Source: Hypanus sabinus (lineage: Eukaryota). From it: a DNA stretch of 64,000 nt. Shown here piece after piece: positions 37,500 to 50,632 of the stretch; the first letter of the stretch is position 1, and every line of letters starts with the position of its first letter. The stretch covers positions 183,706,001 to 183,770,000 of the forward strand of contig NC_082710.1 of the NCBI RefSeq assembly GCF_030144855.1, given 5' to 3'. The position numbers were made by a program, and so were the translations under genes. The notes beneath the pieces are model-generated. The model was not told the DNA's origin. It saw only the letters and a list, made by a program, of their open reading frames with translations, and searched no databases.

Positions 37500-39220
37500 G
37501 TAACGTCCTGGCAAGGGCGGTTTATGGGTAGTGTACAGTCAGCTTGAACAGGAATGGTCTTTGAAAAGTAAGGAAGGGCTTGCCGGGACAGTTCACGGTC
37601 AACCCAGGCAAGGAACCCGTTCCTCTCAGAAGAGGAAAACGCCAGCAGTGCCCCACACCCGGCCGGTTGTATGCGATCTGTGTAGAACCGTTCCTGGCCG
37701 TTCTGTGCGAACTGGACGTGGAGGTCATCCTCGGACTACACCAACAACATGCTCTTGATGATGACAGATCCCAGTGACCTGCGGAGGATGCGCGAGTGAC
37801 AGGAAGTTTTCTCGGCAGCGTTCTCTGCTAGGAACAACTGTTCAGGACAGTGGCAGGTGGACTCCCTGCTGCAGGAGATGGGAGCTCCAGGCATCTCCTC
37901 TATCTCAGAGTCTACCTGAGTCCTTCTGGGAAGACCTGGCTGGCGAATTGGCAGGACCTGGAGATGAAAGTCATGGCCCGGCTGGGGTGCTGGTCAACCC
38001 TTCTCAGGGTGCTTTCCTATCGAGACATGGTGGTGGGTATAAACCAGGGCTGTGGTACCAGATGGTCTCCTTGGCCCTCCCCTCACCTGCCCCCTTTGTC
38101 GCGAGAATGCAGAGGTAGTTAATGGACTTCTTCTGGGGTGAGAGGAAGCGCTGGGTCTCTGCGGTGGTCTTGAGAGTCCCGGTGGGAGAGATCAGACAGT
38201 GGTCGGTGTGCGTCCATACGCGACTGGCAGCTCTCCGCCTCAGGACCCTGCAGAGATTCCTGTATGCCGAGCACCCTCCCAGCTGGCACGTGTTGGCATC
38301 CCATTTTCTCCGAAAGGGCTGCTGTCTTCAAAAAGAGAGATGGCGACCGCTGGTGGATGTCAGCCGTGCTGTTCTGTGGAGTCTGCCCGGTTTCTAGCAG
38401 GACTTACTGAGAGTCTGGAACATGGTTGCCTCAGTCCGGGAATCCCCTCCCCTGGCAGAGGGAGGAGTCCTGGCTGACCCTGTCCTGTATCAACGGATGT
38501 CGGTGTGGCTCAGGTGTGTGGAATGACTGAGTGGCTCACCTCTGCTTGTTGGGTCCAGACCCTGCAATCCTATCCAAGAGCCGAGCCCACGCAATCTCAT
38601 CGACACCCACAATCCCACCCAGGGATGTAAGTATGGGCTGCTGCTCCACACCCTCCCCTTCCTAGCCCTTGTCTACCTCCAACACGACATGCTGGGCTGT
38701 CTTTCCACCGAGAGGTGAGGGAGGGGCGGGTCCATAACGGAAGTCCCTTTACAAGGGAGTTCTTCCCATGTACCTTGGGGATCTGGAGTGGAGCCCTGTA
38801 ACCAGCTCCTTAGTTTGTACATGGACCTCCCAGCCGCATGTCACTTCTGTGGGCTGAAGGAGACCATGTACCATATGTACATGGAGTGTGTGAGGCTGCA
38901 GCCCCTTTTTGCGTATCTGTGTGGGCTGCGTCTTGCCTTCTGCTTACACTTTAGTCCCATCCGATTTATATTTGGTCGTCTAGTGAGGGGGGGGGGGCAT
39001 GGAGGGATGAGGATGTCCTTGTCAACTCGCCCTCATCCTGGGGCTGGCCAGAACAGCCATCCGTGGCTCCTGGAAACAAGTGGTGGAGGGACCTGCCCAG
39101 GCAGACTGCCTGGCAATATTTAGCGGGTAACCACTGTCCATGGTGACCATAGAGGTGTTTCGGGACCGTTGGGCTCCAAGAGGGATTAGGGCCATCATTG
39201 ACAGAGACGGAAACAGTTTA
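37500..39220 (+). mobile_element. Degraded Tx1/L1-type LINE ORF2 (RT C-terminal part and zinc-finger region)
   Basis: RQ.CP..G.LYAICVEPFL, LRLRTLQRFLY..HP, CHFCGLKET.YH..MECVRLQPLF motifs, frameshifted. Confidence 0.75.
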
Positions 39221-39249
39221 ATTTAATGTCGTCTGTCTGGTAGATGTGT

Positions 39250-39587
39250 TGGGTACTGATTTGGGTATATCGCAGCACTGAATTTGTAATAAAGATATTT
39301 TGTAAGGTGGGGTTTGCAAAGCACAGCTTTGACTTGCACAGCAACAACTTGGAAGAAGGCATGGGTGACCTGGGTGATGTGGGTCCTTAATGATGGATGC
39401 CGTCTTTTCTGAGGCATCGCCTTTTGAAGATGGTGGGAGGCTAGTACTCTTGATGGAGTTCACTGAGTTTACAACCCTCTGCAGCTTTTTCCAGTCCTGT
39501 GCAGTGGCCCCCCCCACCCCTCCATACCAGACAGTGATGCAGCCAGTTAGAACACTCTCCACGGTACACCTGTAGAAATTTGCAAGT
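39250..39587 (-). mobile_element. Rex1/Babar-type LINE 3' fragment
   Basis: FYRCTVESVLTGCITVWYG..IIKDPHHPGH. Confidence 0.7.
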
Positions 39588-40478
39588 GACAAACTAGGAG
39601 ACAATTCTTTTACCAACTTCAAAGTATCATCGGTTGTTAGCTTCTGGCTTCTGAATCTATTGTGAATGGCAACGCAGCTTGCAGCGGCCACTCCGGAGCT
39701 GATCATCTGTTATTTGTGAAGTGGGGTGCCATGCGCAATCATAATCCATTGAAAACGGACGTGGGAGCACGGAGGAACATTGGGAAATTCCAGGAAGACC
39801 TTCTTTGTTGCTGCTGCTGCTGCTGCTGTGAGGTCAGGGACTCTGCTGGGAAGAACAGGCCCCCAGTCCTTGGGGTCGCGTTGCCGATGGCCGTTGATGG
39901 GGCCGTCTTAATACGCTTGGCAGAGGATGGTGCTCGGAGAAGCTGTGCCGGAGGGGATGGTCGTCGGCTTGGAGGTTCGACGGACTCCAAGTCCGCTGTG
40001 AACGGGTCGTTTTCATTGTGTGCTGCATCTGCGAGGCTGAGTCGGGCGGCACCTTGGAAATCCATAGCGGGGGTATTCCCTTCTGCCGCTGGCATGGGAT
40101 GGCGAGTCTGTCAGGACCCTGGGGACTTACTGTGCCCATCGTCTGTTTTTTTTAATCAATTATGATATTGTTTGCGCTGTTGTAACTATATGTTTCAACT
40201 ATGTGGTTTTGTGCAGGTCTTGTAGCTTTAGTTTTTGGTCTTGTTTGTCTGGTGGATTTGGAGCTCCTTTCCAGGGAACAGGCTAAGATGGTAACGCGAT
40301 ATTAATACGCAGCAGCCTCTCCGGACTTTGGATTGGGGATTGCCAAATGTTATGTGGATTTGCTGGTGTAGTCTGTTTTGTCATGTGCTTTTGTGATATC
40401 ATTCTGGAGGAACGTTGTCTCATTTTTTAACTGCATTGCAGTTGTGGTTTCTAAATGACAATAATCTGAATCTGAATC
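39588..40478 (+). mobile_element. Unclassified non-LTR retroposon flanked by an 8-bp direct repeat
   Basis: TTGCAAGT at 39580-39587 and 40479-40486; 3' tail (ctgaat)n. Confidence 0.6.
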
Positions 40479-41696
40479 TTGCAAGTAAGGAATTAGAGTT
40501 TAAAAGTTTATCAAATGGTCATTATCAACACACACAAACCACTGGATGAACTCAGACGGTCAAGAAGAATCTATGGAAATGGATAAACTGTCAACGCTTC
40601 GGGTCAAGGCCTTTCTGGGGGAAGACGTCTGAATAAAAAGGTGGGGAGCAAGGAGGAGGAAAGCTGGATAGGTAAGGCCAGGTAAAGGGCTGGAGAGGAA
40701 GGAAGCTGATAGGCGAGGAGATTGAACAGTAGGAGATAGGGGAACCAGGGAGAGACGATAGACAGGTGAGAAGAGGTAAAAAGCCAGACGGGGAAATTGA
40801 TGGAGAAGGAAGGGGGAGGGAAATATTACCGGCAGGAGAAATTGATGTTCATGCCATCGTGTTGCAGGCTGCCCAGAGTATGAGGTTGCTTCTCCACCCT
40901 GACAGTGGCCTCATGTTGTGGAAGAAAAATCTCAGGAGCAGCAGACAGAATAGATCAGGCCGACTCAGAGAATTGTTTCAGACTAAAGGGTTTTATGACA
41001 TGATATCATGGGGAGTCCAAACACCTAAAGTGGAGTTCTGGGATTCTACTCAACAACGGATTACACCCTTATTTATACCCCAGGTGTACGTGACAAGAAG
41101 CAGTTAGATTTGAACAAGGAGGGAACCTCAGTTACAACACATTAGAATAGCGAAGTTGCACTACATGTCCTTGAGCGGCGAAGCATTTTCTTTAGTGTTA
41201 GTTCTCAGGACAGTATATCAGGCTTTCCCAAGTGCAGACGTGTGATGATTCTTAGAACAAGGAAGCAAAGACATCGTCACTTTCCCATCCCGTCTACGAA
41301 GCACATTTCAGTCACACAGAGTACATTAGTCGCAGGTAAGTGATCACAGACTTTGAATTCACATACTAGAAGAAGGTCATTAACCCCTTAACATTCATCA
41401 CAATGTCTTTCTATTTTTATTCCACACGTCATCATGGCAAAGGAGGAGGCCATAGACTGACAATGGGAATTAAAATGGTTGGCTACTGGGAAAGTCTGCT
41501 TTAGGCAGATGGGGTGAATGGAGCGGATGTGCTTGACAGAAATGGTCCCCCAATTAATGGCAGGTCTTACCAATGTAGAGGAAGCACCAGATACAATACA
41601 ATAGATACAATAGAGGAAGTCAACAGACTCACAGCCTCACCTGGAAGGACTGTTTGGGGCCCTGAATGGATGTGAGGGAGGAGGTTTTGCAACGAT

Positions 41697-42835
41697 AGTG
41701 TGGTGCTAGAAAGTTTGTGAACCCTGTAGAATTTTCTCCATTTCTGCATAAGTATGACCTAAAGTGTGATCAGATCTTCATGCAAATCCTAAAACTAGAT
41801 AAAGAGAACCCAGTTAAATAAATAACACAAAAACATTATACTTGTTCATTTATTTATTGAGAAAAATGATCCTATATTACATGTATCTGTTGGAGAGAAG
41901 TATGTGAATCTTTGCTTTCAGTAGCTGGCGTGAACCCCTTGTACAACAATAGCTTCAACCAAACGTTTCCGGTAGCTGTTGATCACCCTGGAGGAATTTT
42001 AGGACATTCCTCCTTACAAAACTGCTTCAGCTCTGGGATGTTGGTGGGTTTCCTTGCATGAACTCTTGCTTCAGGTCCTTGCACAACATTTCTGTGGGAT
42101 TAGATCAGGACTTGGCCACTCTAAAACACACATTTCCTTCTTTTTAAGCCGTTCTGTTGTTGATTTACTCTTGTCTTTCAGATCGTTGTCTTGTTGCATC
42201 ATCCAACTTTTATTAGCTTCAGGTGACAGATCGCTGTCCTGACATCCTCCTGTAAAATGTCTTGAGACAATTTTGAATTCATTGTTCCCTCAACGATTGC
42301 AAGCTGTCCAGGCCCCGAGTCAGCAAGGCAGCCCCAAACCATGATGCTCCTTCCACCGAGCTTCACGGTGGGATGAGGTTTTGGTGTTGGTGTGCTGTAC
42401 CCTATTCCCTCCAAACATGGCAATGTGCACCTCTGCCAAAAAAATTCAACTTTTGTCTCATCTGTTTACAGAACGTTGTCCCAGAAGCTTTGCAGAACAT
42501 CCAGGTGGCCTTTATCAAACTTGAGATGTGTAGCAATATTCTTTTGGAGAGCAGTGATTTCCTCCAAGGTGTCCTGTTTTACTTGTAGTGGACACCTAAA
42601 CAGAGACTTCAGCAAGCTCTAGAGATTTCTACAAGTCTTTTGCTGATACCATTGGGGTTTTCTTCACCTCCTTCAGCATGGCACGTTGTGCTCTTGCTGC
42701 GATCTTTGCAAGAAGCCCACTCTTAGGAAAGAGTAGCAACAGTTCTGGGTTTCCTCCATTTGTAGACAATTTCTATTACTGTAGAATAATGAACACTCCG
42801 GTCTTTAGAAATGCCTTTGTAGCCTTTTCCAGCTC
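41697..42835 (-). mobile_element. Tc1/mariner transposon, degraded (DDE region)
   Basis: Terminal gtggtgctagaaagtttgtgaaccc; PTVK.GG.SIMVWGC..SGPGQLAIVEGTMNS..Q.IL motif. Confidence 0.85.
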
Positions 42836-43460
42836 CATACTCCAACCTGGTCCCTACATATCGATGTAGTTATAAAGGAGGCAAGACAGTGGTTGTGTTT
42901 CATTAGGAGTTTGAAGGGATTTGGTTTGTCAACTAAATCACTCAAAAACTTCTATAGCTGTACTGTGGAGAGCATTCTGACAGGCTGCATCACTGTCTGG
43001 TATGGAGGGGCTACTGCACAGGACCGAAAGAAGCTGCAGTGGGAGTAAATCCAGTCAGCTCCATCTTGGGTGGTTGCCTCTGAATTACACACGACATCTT
43101 CAAGGAGCGGTGTCTCAGAAAGGCAGCGTCTACTACTAAGGACCCCCATCACCCCGGACATGCCCTTTTCTCAATGTTACCATCAGTCAGGAGATACAGG
43201 AGCCTGAAGGAACACACTCAGTGACTCAGGAACAGCTTCTTCCCCTCTGCCATCTGATTCCTAAATGGACACTGAACCAATGAACACTACCTCAAAAATA
43301 CATATTATTTGTTTCACACTATCTTTAATCTAACTGTTTAATATACACTTACTGTAATTATTTAATTTATTTTTTTCTTTCTACTTTACCATGTATTGCA
43401 TTGAACTGCTGCTACTAAGTTAACAAATTTCACCACACATGCTGGTGATAGTAATCCTGA
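42836..43460 (+). mobile_element. Rex1/Babar-type LINE 3' fragment
   Basis: ESILTGCITVWYG and KDPHHPGHA motifs; 3' UTR like that of 31220-32060. Confidence 0.7.
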
Positions 43461-44181
43461 CTCTGTTAGGGTGGGTGGAGTCAGCAGTAAATCTTCCAGC
43501 TGTTTTCTTCACTCTGGAGATGAACGGGTCATTTAATGCCGTTAACTGGCAACCAATGTTCTTCTCTATTGAGTGGAACATTCACTACAGTGAAGAGGTG
43601 TCCGGAAGCCAAACAGCGATTGAGGTGGTCACAGCACTCTCCGTGATGGCTGAGTAAAAACCCTTCGGGATACGACCTGAGATGCTAAGCTTCTGAAGCA
43701 ACCATCTGCGCTGGGCTTTCCGAGTGATGAGTCCCACTTCAATGGATTGGTAATGGCGGTCCCCAGGAAGCTGAATGACTTGGCCACAGACACAGCCCGA
43801 CATTAGTTTCCAATGGGGGTGGGGAGCGCGGAGGCAGGGGTTCGTCAGCGGAAGTCTATCCTCATTTCCGCTGTCTTGGTAGCGTTGTGCTGCAGGTTGT
43901 TTCGAGCTCACCATGCTGTTGACAGCCTACCTCTCTTTGGTAACAGCTCACACCACTACTAGAGACGAGACCAACTACAGTCCCGTCATCTGGGAACTTC
44001 AGGATTTGTCTGTGGAGGCACAGTCATTTGTGTACAGTGAGAACTGAAGCTTGTAGACATGCCATGTTGGCACTGGTAGCATGGCGATATTCGGAGCTGC
44101 CTCGAGCACAATCCTCATTGATTATATTTGTCACCAAGAATGCGTTTCGATGTACACGTGACAAATAAAGATAAGTGATAA

Positions 44182-44826
44182 GGGGCAGCACAGTGGCGTA
44201 GCTTTAGTGTAACGTTATTACAACCCCAGTGACCTGGGTTCAATTCCACCCCAGTCTGTACGTTCTCCCAGTGACCATTACTACAACCCCAGTGACCTGG
44301 GTTCAATTCCACCCCAGTCTGTACGTTCTCCCAGTGACCATTACTACAACCCCAGTGACCTGGGTTCAATTCCACCCCAGTCTGTACGTTCTCCCAGTGA
44401 CCATTACTACAACCCCAGTGACCTGGGTTCAATTCCACCGCAGTCTGTACGTTCTCCCAGTGACCATTACTACAACCCCAGTGACCTGGGTTCAATTCCA
44501 CCGCAGCCTGTACGTTCTCCCAGTGACCATTACTACAACCCCAGTGACCTGGGTTCAATTCCACCCCAGTCTGTACATTCTCCCAGTGACCATTACTACA
44601 ACCCCAGTGACCTGGGTTCAATTCCACCCCAGTCTGTACGTTCTCCCAGTGACCATTACTACAACCCCAGTGACCTGGGTTCAATTCCACCCCAGTCTGT
44701 ACGTTCTCCCAGTGACCATTACTACAACCCCAGTGACCTGGGTTCAATTCCACCCCAGTCTGTACGTTCTCCCAGTGACCATTACTACAACCCCAGTGAC
44801 CTGGGTTCAATTCCACCCCAGTCTGT
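44182..44826 (+). repeat. tRNA-derived SINE head whose 63-bp B-box segment is tandemly amplified (about 10 copies)
   Basis: Single A-box-like tggcgtagctttag near 44193, then the unit caaccccagtgacctgGGTTCAATTCCaccccagtctgtacgttctcccagtgaccattacta. Confidence 0.85.
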
Positions 44827-44829
44827 AAG

Positions 44830-45480
44830 TCCTCCCCAGGGTCTCCGCTTCTCCAGTGAGAGGTTGAAAATGTCCTTGAATAATCCCAGCAGTTGGATGG
44901 CACAACTTTTCAGAGTCTTACCAGGTACTCCATCAGGTCCTGCCACCTTACGAGGGTTCACCCTTAAAGAGCCTGACATCACAGGGTCACAGCTGTGGGG
45001 AAATTCTCCCTTTCGAAGTGGGCGTTCTCATCTGTAGTGTCGCATCGCTGCCATTCATGCTATTGGGTTCCACCTTGTGGGAAGGAATGTCCTGCAAACC
45101 CTGCCAGAGTTGTCATGCATTTGATGTTGCCTCCAACCTCGCTCAGAAATCTCTCTTTGCCCTTGAAATAACCCTGCACAAATCATACCTAATATTCTGG
45201 TACAGACCTGGGTCACTTGAGTTAAATGCCCTGAGCTAACGACGAACCTCCTGGTTCATTACGGCTTTTGGTTTGGGAATGTACATCAAGTTTTCATAGG
45301 CACACACTCATCCACACAGGTTTTAATGAAGTCGATAACAACAGCAGCAAACTCATCCAGGGTCGAAGATGAATTCCTGAATACAGTCCAGTCCTGTAGG
45401 CGCTCCTGTGCTTCCCTTGTCCATACCCTCGTGGTCCTCACTGCTGGTGCTGCAGTCTTCAGTCTCTGCCTGAACTCAGG
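44830..45480 (-). mobile_element. Rex1/Babar-type LINE internal fragment
   Basis: [32 protein letters not shown] motif. Confidence 0.65.
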
Positions 45481-45913
45481 GAGTAGAAGTACAGCCAGGT
45501 GATCAGTATTCCCGACGTGAGGATGTGGGATAGCCTGGTGATGGAGGTGTAACAGTGTTCCAGTGTGTTATTTCCTCAGGTACTACAGGTGATTTGTTGA
45601 TGGTAATTATTTAGTGACTTTTTCAAAGTGGCCTGGTTAAAATCCCCAAAGTGATGGTGAAGGTGTGGGGATGTGCTGTTTTGTGCATATTGATCATCCA
45701 GAGCCTGTTTGACATTGGCCTGAGCTGGAATGTACACCACTACCAAAATGATCACAGAAATTCCCCGGGGCGGGTAAAATGGACGGCACGTGCTGTAATT
45801 GCAAGGTATTCTAGGTCTGGTGAGCAGAACTGGGACAACACGGATGCTTTCACCTCTTCACCAAATTACCATCACCTCCAGGAGTAACGTTCAGAGTAAA
45901 CTTTATTATCAAA

Positions 45914-45944
<31 letters not shown>

Positions 45945-46599
45945 ATATTCACTTTCTTGTGGGCATACACAAATCGTTAGAATAATTACTATAACAGCAT
46001 CAGTGAAAGATCAACCAGAGTGCAGAAGACAACAAACTGTGCAAATGCAAATATAAATGAATAGCAATAAATAACGAGAACATGAGATAACAAGATAAAG
46101 AGTCTTCAAAGTGAGATCATTGGTTGCAGGAATTTTTCAATTCCATAAGAGTGCAGCTCTCCCCTTAGTTTAAGAGCGTGATGGTTGAGGGGTAGTAACT
46201 GTTGTAGAACCTGGCGGTGCGAGTATCTTCTGCCCGATGACAGCAGTGGGAAACGAGCACGGCCTGGGTAGAGCTGAGGATCTCTGATGACGGTGTTTCA
46301 TGTCGATGTGCTGTTTGTCATCTCTCCAGCTTCTCAACAAAACTCACTCAGGTGTAGCACTCTAACTGTCCCTGCACAACGTCTGTTAGTTAAATGGTCG
46401 TTCAGCTCTCCTTGTCCTGTTATTTAAGTGTGATTATTGATCTTTGTGCCTGTGACCGTTCCAGTAATTGTTGATTGCTCGTGGCTGTTTGTACTATTGT
46501 CTTGTAATTGTTGGTTGCTATTGAATTGACTTTATTTTTTACATCTTTCATATGCATGAGGAATAAAAATCTTCATGTTATGTCCTCCGTCTGAATGTG

Positions 46600-47300
46600 C
46601 AATGTGAAATTTATAGTAATTTGTAATAAACAGTATGTACAACAGGACAGTCAATATAAGTGTGAGTTAATCAGTCTGATGGCCTGGTGGAAGAAGCTGT
46701 CCCGGACCCTGTTGGTCCCGGCCTTTATGTGGTACGGTTTCCCGGATGGTAGCAGCTGGAACAGTTTGTGGTTGGGGTGACTACGGGCCCTTTTTACACA
46801 CCTGTCACTGTAAATGTCCTGCACAGTGGGAAGTTCACAACTACAGATGCGCTGGGCAGTCCGCACCACTCTCTGCAGAGTCCCGCGATTAAGGGAGGTA
46901 CAGTTCCCATACCAGGCAGTGATCCAGCCAGTCAGGATGCTCTCAATTGTGCCCCTGTAGAAAGTTCTTAGGATCTGGGGGCCCATACCAAACTTCTTCA
47001 ACCGTCTGAGGTGAAAGAAACACTGTTGTGCTTTTTACACCACACAGTCAGTCTGTACAGACCATGTGATGTGTAATGCTCGGTGATGTGGATGCTGAGG
47101 AACTTAAAGCTGTTAACCCTCTCAACCCCAGATGCATTAATGTCTGTCTCATTCCTCCTGTAGTCCACAACCAGCTCCTTTGTTTTTGTGACATTGAAGG
47201 AGAGATTTTCTCTCGACACCACTGTGTCGGGGTGAAGACTTCATCTCTATAGCCTGCCTCGTTATTATTTGAGATAAGGCCAATCAATGTAATATTGTAA
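46600..47300 (-). mobile_element. Rex1/Babar-type LINE 3' fragment
   Basis: NVTKTKELVVDYR, FYRGTIESILTGWITAWYG, HPNHKLFQLLPSG. Confidence 0.75.
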
Positions 47301-47604
47301 ACACAAAATACTCTGCAGATACTGTGGTCAAAGCAACACGTACAACACGTTGGAGGAAGTCAGCAGGTCGGGCAGCGTCCGTGGAAATGAACAGCCCTTC
47401 GTCAGGGCTGAAGTGTCTCGGCCCGAAATGTTAACTGTTCGTTTCCACGGATGCTGCCCGACCTGCTGAGTTCCTCCAGCGTGTTGCAAATGTAGTATTG
47501 TCTGTTCTGTCTGGTACTGCCCTGTGTTTTGTGTTTGATTTGAACCACAATCAATTTTGGTCCGTTTCACAGACTTGCAATAAAGTAATTCTAATTACGA
47601 ACCC

Positions 47605-47740
47605 TAACCCATTCTTTGGAATGTGGGAGGAAATCCATGTGGTCAAAGGGGAAATGTACAGACTCCTCGGAGACAGCAGCGGGAATTGAACCTGGGTCAT
47701 TGGTGCTGTAATAGTGTTACGCTAGCGATTACACTACATG
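47605..47740 (-). mobile_element. tRNA-derived SINE fragment
   Basis: Reverse complement has tagtgtaatcgctag (A box) and ggttcaattcc (B box); same family as 44182. Confidence 0.6.
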
Positions 47741-48077
47741 GGATGAAAGTTGGCACGTGATGGGTGGATCCAGACGAGGTGGGTTTGACTGGCCGATGGA
47801 GTCGGGGTGAGAGAAAGGTGGAGACAAGAGAGTGAAAGTTCAAGTTTCTTGTCATCTGACAATACATACTGTATATACAACAAAAGAAAACAATGTTCAT
47901 CGGGACCACAGAGTGCCCGCTAAACACACAGCACATAGGAACAAAATATTACCATAAATACGTGAATGAAAGTTAATTCAAAATGCATGTCGTGCACAGC
48001 ACAGGTGAACAGTAAACAGCTGGTGGTCCTAGTCATGAGATCATGGTGGTGGCAGGGAATTCATTAACCTGTTAGAT

Positions 48078-50412
48078 ACAGGGGTCCGATACCAGTGTGA
48101 AATTGATGATTATTACACACAGGGAGAGTTGTGGGGGTCCGATACCAGTGTGAAATTAGATGATTATTACACACAGGGAGAGGTGTGGGGGTCTGATATC
48201 AGTGTGAAATTAGATGATTATTAGACACAGGGAGAGGTGTGGGGGTCCGATACCAGTGTGAAATTAGATGATTATTAGACACAGGGAGAGGTGTGGGGGT
48301 CTGATACCAGTGTGAAATTAGATGATTATTAGACACAGGGAGAGGTGTGGGGGTCTGATACCAGTGTGAAATTAGATGATTATTACACACAGGGAGAGGT
48401 GTGGGGGTCCGATACCAGTGTGAAATTAGATGATTATTTACACAGGGAGAGGTGTGGGGGTCTGATACCAGTGTGAAATTAGATGATTATTAGACAGGGA
48501 GAGGTGTGGGGGTCTGATACCAGTGTGAAATTAGATGATTATTAGACAGGGAGAGGTGTGGGGGTCTGATATCAGTGTGAAATTAGATGATTATTAGACA
48601 CAGGGAGAGGTGTGGGGGTCTGATACCAGTGTGAAATTAAATGATTATTAGACACAGGGAGAGGTGTGGGGGTCCGATACCAGTGTGAAATTAGATGATT
48701 ATTAGACACGGAGAGGTGTGGGGGTCTGATATCAGTGTGAAATTAGATGATTATTAGACACAGGGAGAGGTGTGGGGGTCCGATACCAGTGTGAAATTAG
48801 ATGATTATTAGACACAGGGAGAGGTGTGGGGGTCTGATATCAGTGTGAAATTAGATGATTATTAGACAGGGAGAGGTGTGGGGGTCTGATATCAGTGTGA
48901 AATTAGATGATTATTAGACACAGGGAGAGGTGTGGGGGTCTGATACCAGTGTGAAATTAGATGATTATTAGACACAGGGAGAGGTGTGGGGGTCCGATAC
49001 CAGTGTGAAATTAGATGATTATTAGACACAGGGAGAGGTGTGGGGGTCTGATATCAGTGTGAAATTAGATGATTATTAGACACAGGGAGAGGTGTGGGGG
49101 TGTGATACCAGTGTGAAATTAGATGATTATTACACACGGGGAGAGGTGTGGGGGTCTGATATCAGTGTGAAATTAGATGATTATTAGACACAGGGAGAGT
49201 TGTGGGGGTCCGATACCAGTGTGAAATTAGATTATTATTACACACAGGGAGAGGTGTGGGGGTCCGATACCAGTGTGAAATTAGATGATTATTAGACACA
49301 GGGAGAGGTGTGGGGGTCTGATATCAGTGTGAAATTAGATGATTATTAGACACAGGGAGAGTTGTGGGGGTCTGATATCAGTGTGAAATTAGATGATTAT
49401 TACACACGGGGAGAGGTGTGGGGGTCCGATACCAGTGTGAAATTAGATGATTATTACACACGGGGAGAGGTGTGGGGGTCTGATACCAGTGTGAAATTAC
49501 ATGATTATTAGACACGGGGAGTTGTGGGGGGTCTGATATCAGTGGGAAATTAGATGATTATTTGACACGGGGAGAGGTGTGGGGGTCTGATATCAGTGGG
49601 AAATTAGATGATTATTTGACACGGGGAGAGGTGTGGGGGTCTGATATCAGTGGGAAATTAGATGATTATTAGACACGGGGAGAGGTGTGGGGGTCTGATA
49701 TCAGTGGGAAATTAGATGATTATTTGACACGGGGAGAGGTGTGGGGGTCTGATATCAGTGTGAAATTAGATGATTATTTGACACGGGGAGAGGTGTGGGG
49801 GTCTGATATCAGTGTGAAATTAGATGATTATTAGACACAGGGAGAGGTGCGGGGGTCCGATATCAGTGTGAAATTAGATGATTATTACACACAGGGAGAG
49901 GTGTGGGGGTCTGATATCAGTGTGAAATTAGATGATTATTTGACACGGGGAGAGGTGTGGGGGTCTGATACCAGTGTGAAATTAGATGATTATTAGACAC
50001 AGGGAGAGGTGTGGGGGTGTGATACCAGTGTGAAATTAGATGATTATTACACACGGGGAGAGGTGTGGGAGTCTGATATCAGTGTGAAATTAGATGATTA
50101 TTTGACACGGGGAGAGGTGTGGGGGTCTGATACCAGTGTGAAATTAGATGATTATTAGACACAGGGAGAGGTGCGGGGGTCCGATATCAGTGTGAAATTA
50201 GATGATTATTACACACAGGGAGAGGTGTGGGGGTGTGAGACCAGTGTTAAATTAGATGATTATTACACATGGGGAGAGGTGTGGGAGTCTGATATCAGTG
50301 TGAAATTAGATGATTATTTGACACGGGGAGAGGTGTGGGGGTCTGATACCAGTGTGAAATTACATGATTATTAGACACGGGGAGTTGTGGGGGGTCTGAT
50401 ATCAGTGGGAAA
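48078..50412. repeat. 54-bp minisatellite (gggagaggtgtgggggtctgataccagtgtgaaattagatgattattagacaca), about 43 copies
   Basis: Tandem period of about 54 with occasional 52-53-bp variants. Confidence 0.95.
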
Positions 50413-50473
50413 TTCGTTTCCACTTCTAACAGATTTTGATTTTATTTGTTCGCCCCCCCCCCCCCCCACACAG

Positions 50474-50632
50474 AGACTGGATCGGAACAAACCCAGTGTC
50501 TGCACGCAGCTGAGAGAGACCTTAGCGAGGGTCGTCCAGCACCAGGAAATCTTCCAGCACTTGTTTGTCACCATCGGGGGCATGAGGGAGGAGATGAGCA
50601 AACTGAACTTGCTGCTTCAGGAACTTGCAAAG
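50474..50632 (+). CDS. OLFML2-like exon 4 (coiled coil RLDRNKPSVCTQLRETLARVVQHQEIFQHLFVTIGGMREEMSKLNLLLQELAK)
   Basis: Acceptor after poly-C (cacacag|) and donor AAG|gtactg; 159 nt, phase 0-0; IGGMREEMSKLNLLL resembles the recalled OLFML2A MLGIKKELSRLGLQL. Confidence 0.8.

Noticed and set aside
39739-40095. Poly-Gln ORF
   Set aside because: (CTG)n tract inside an interspersed repeat; no splice support
44115-44903. 262-aa/199-aa repeat ORFs and a tRNA-like sequence
   Set aside because: SINE-derived 63-bp array; no complete tRNA cloverleaf
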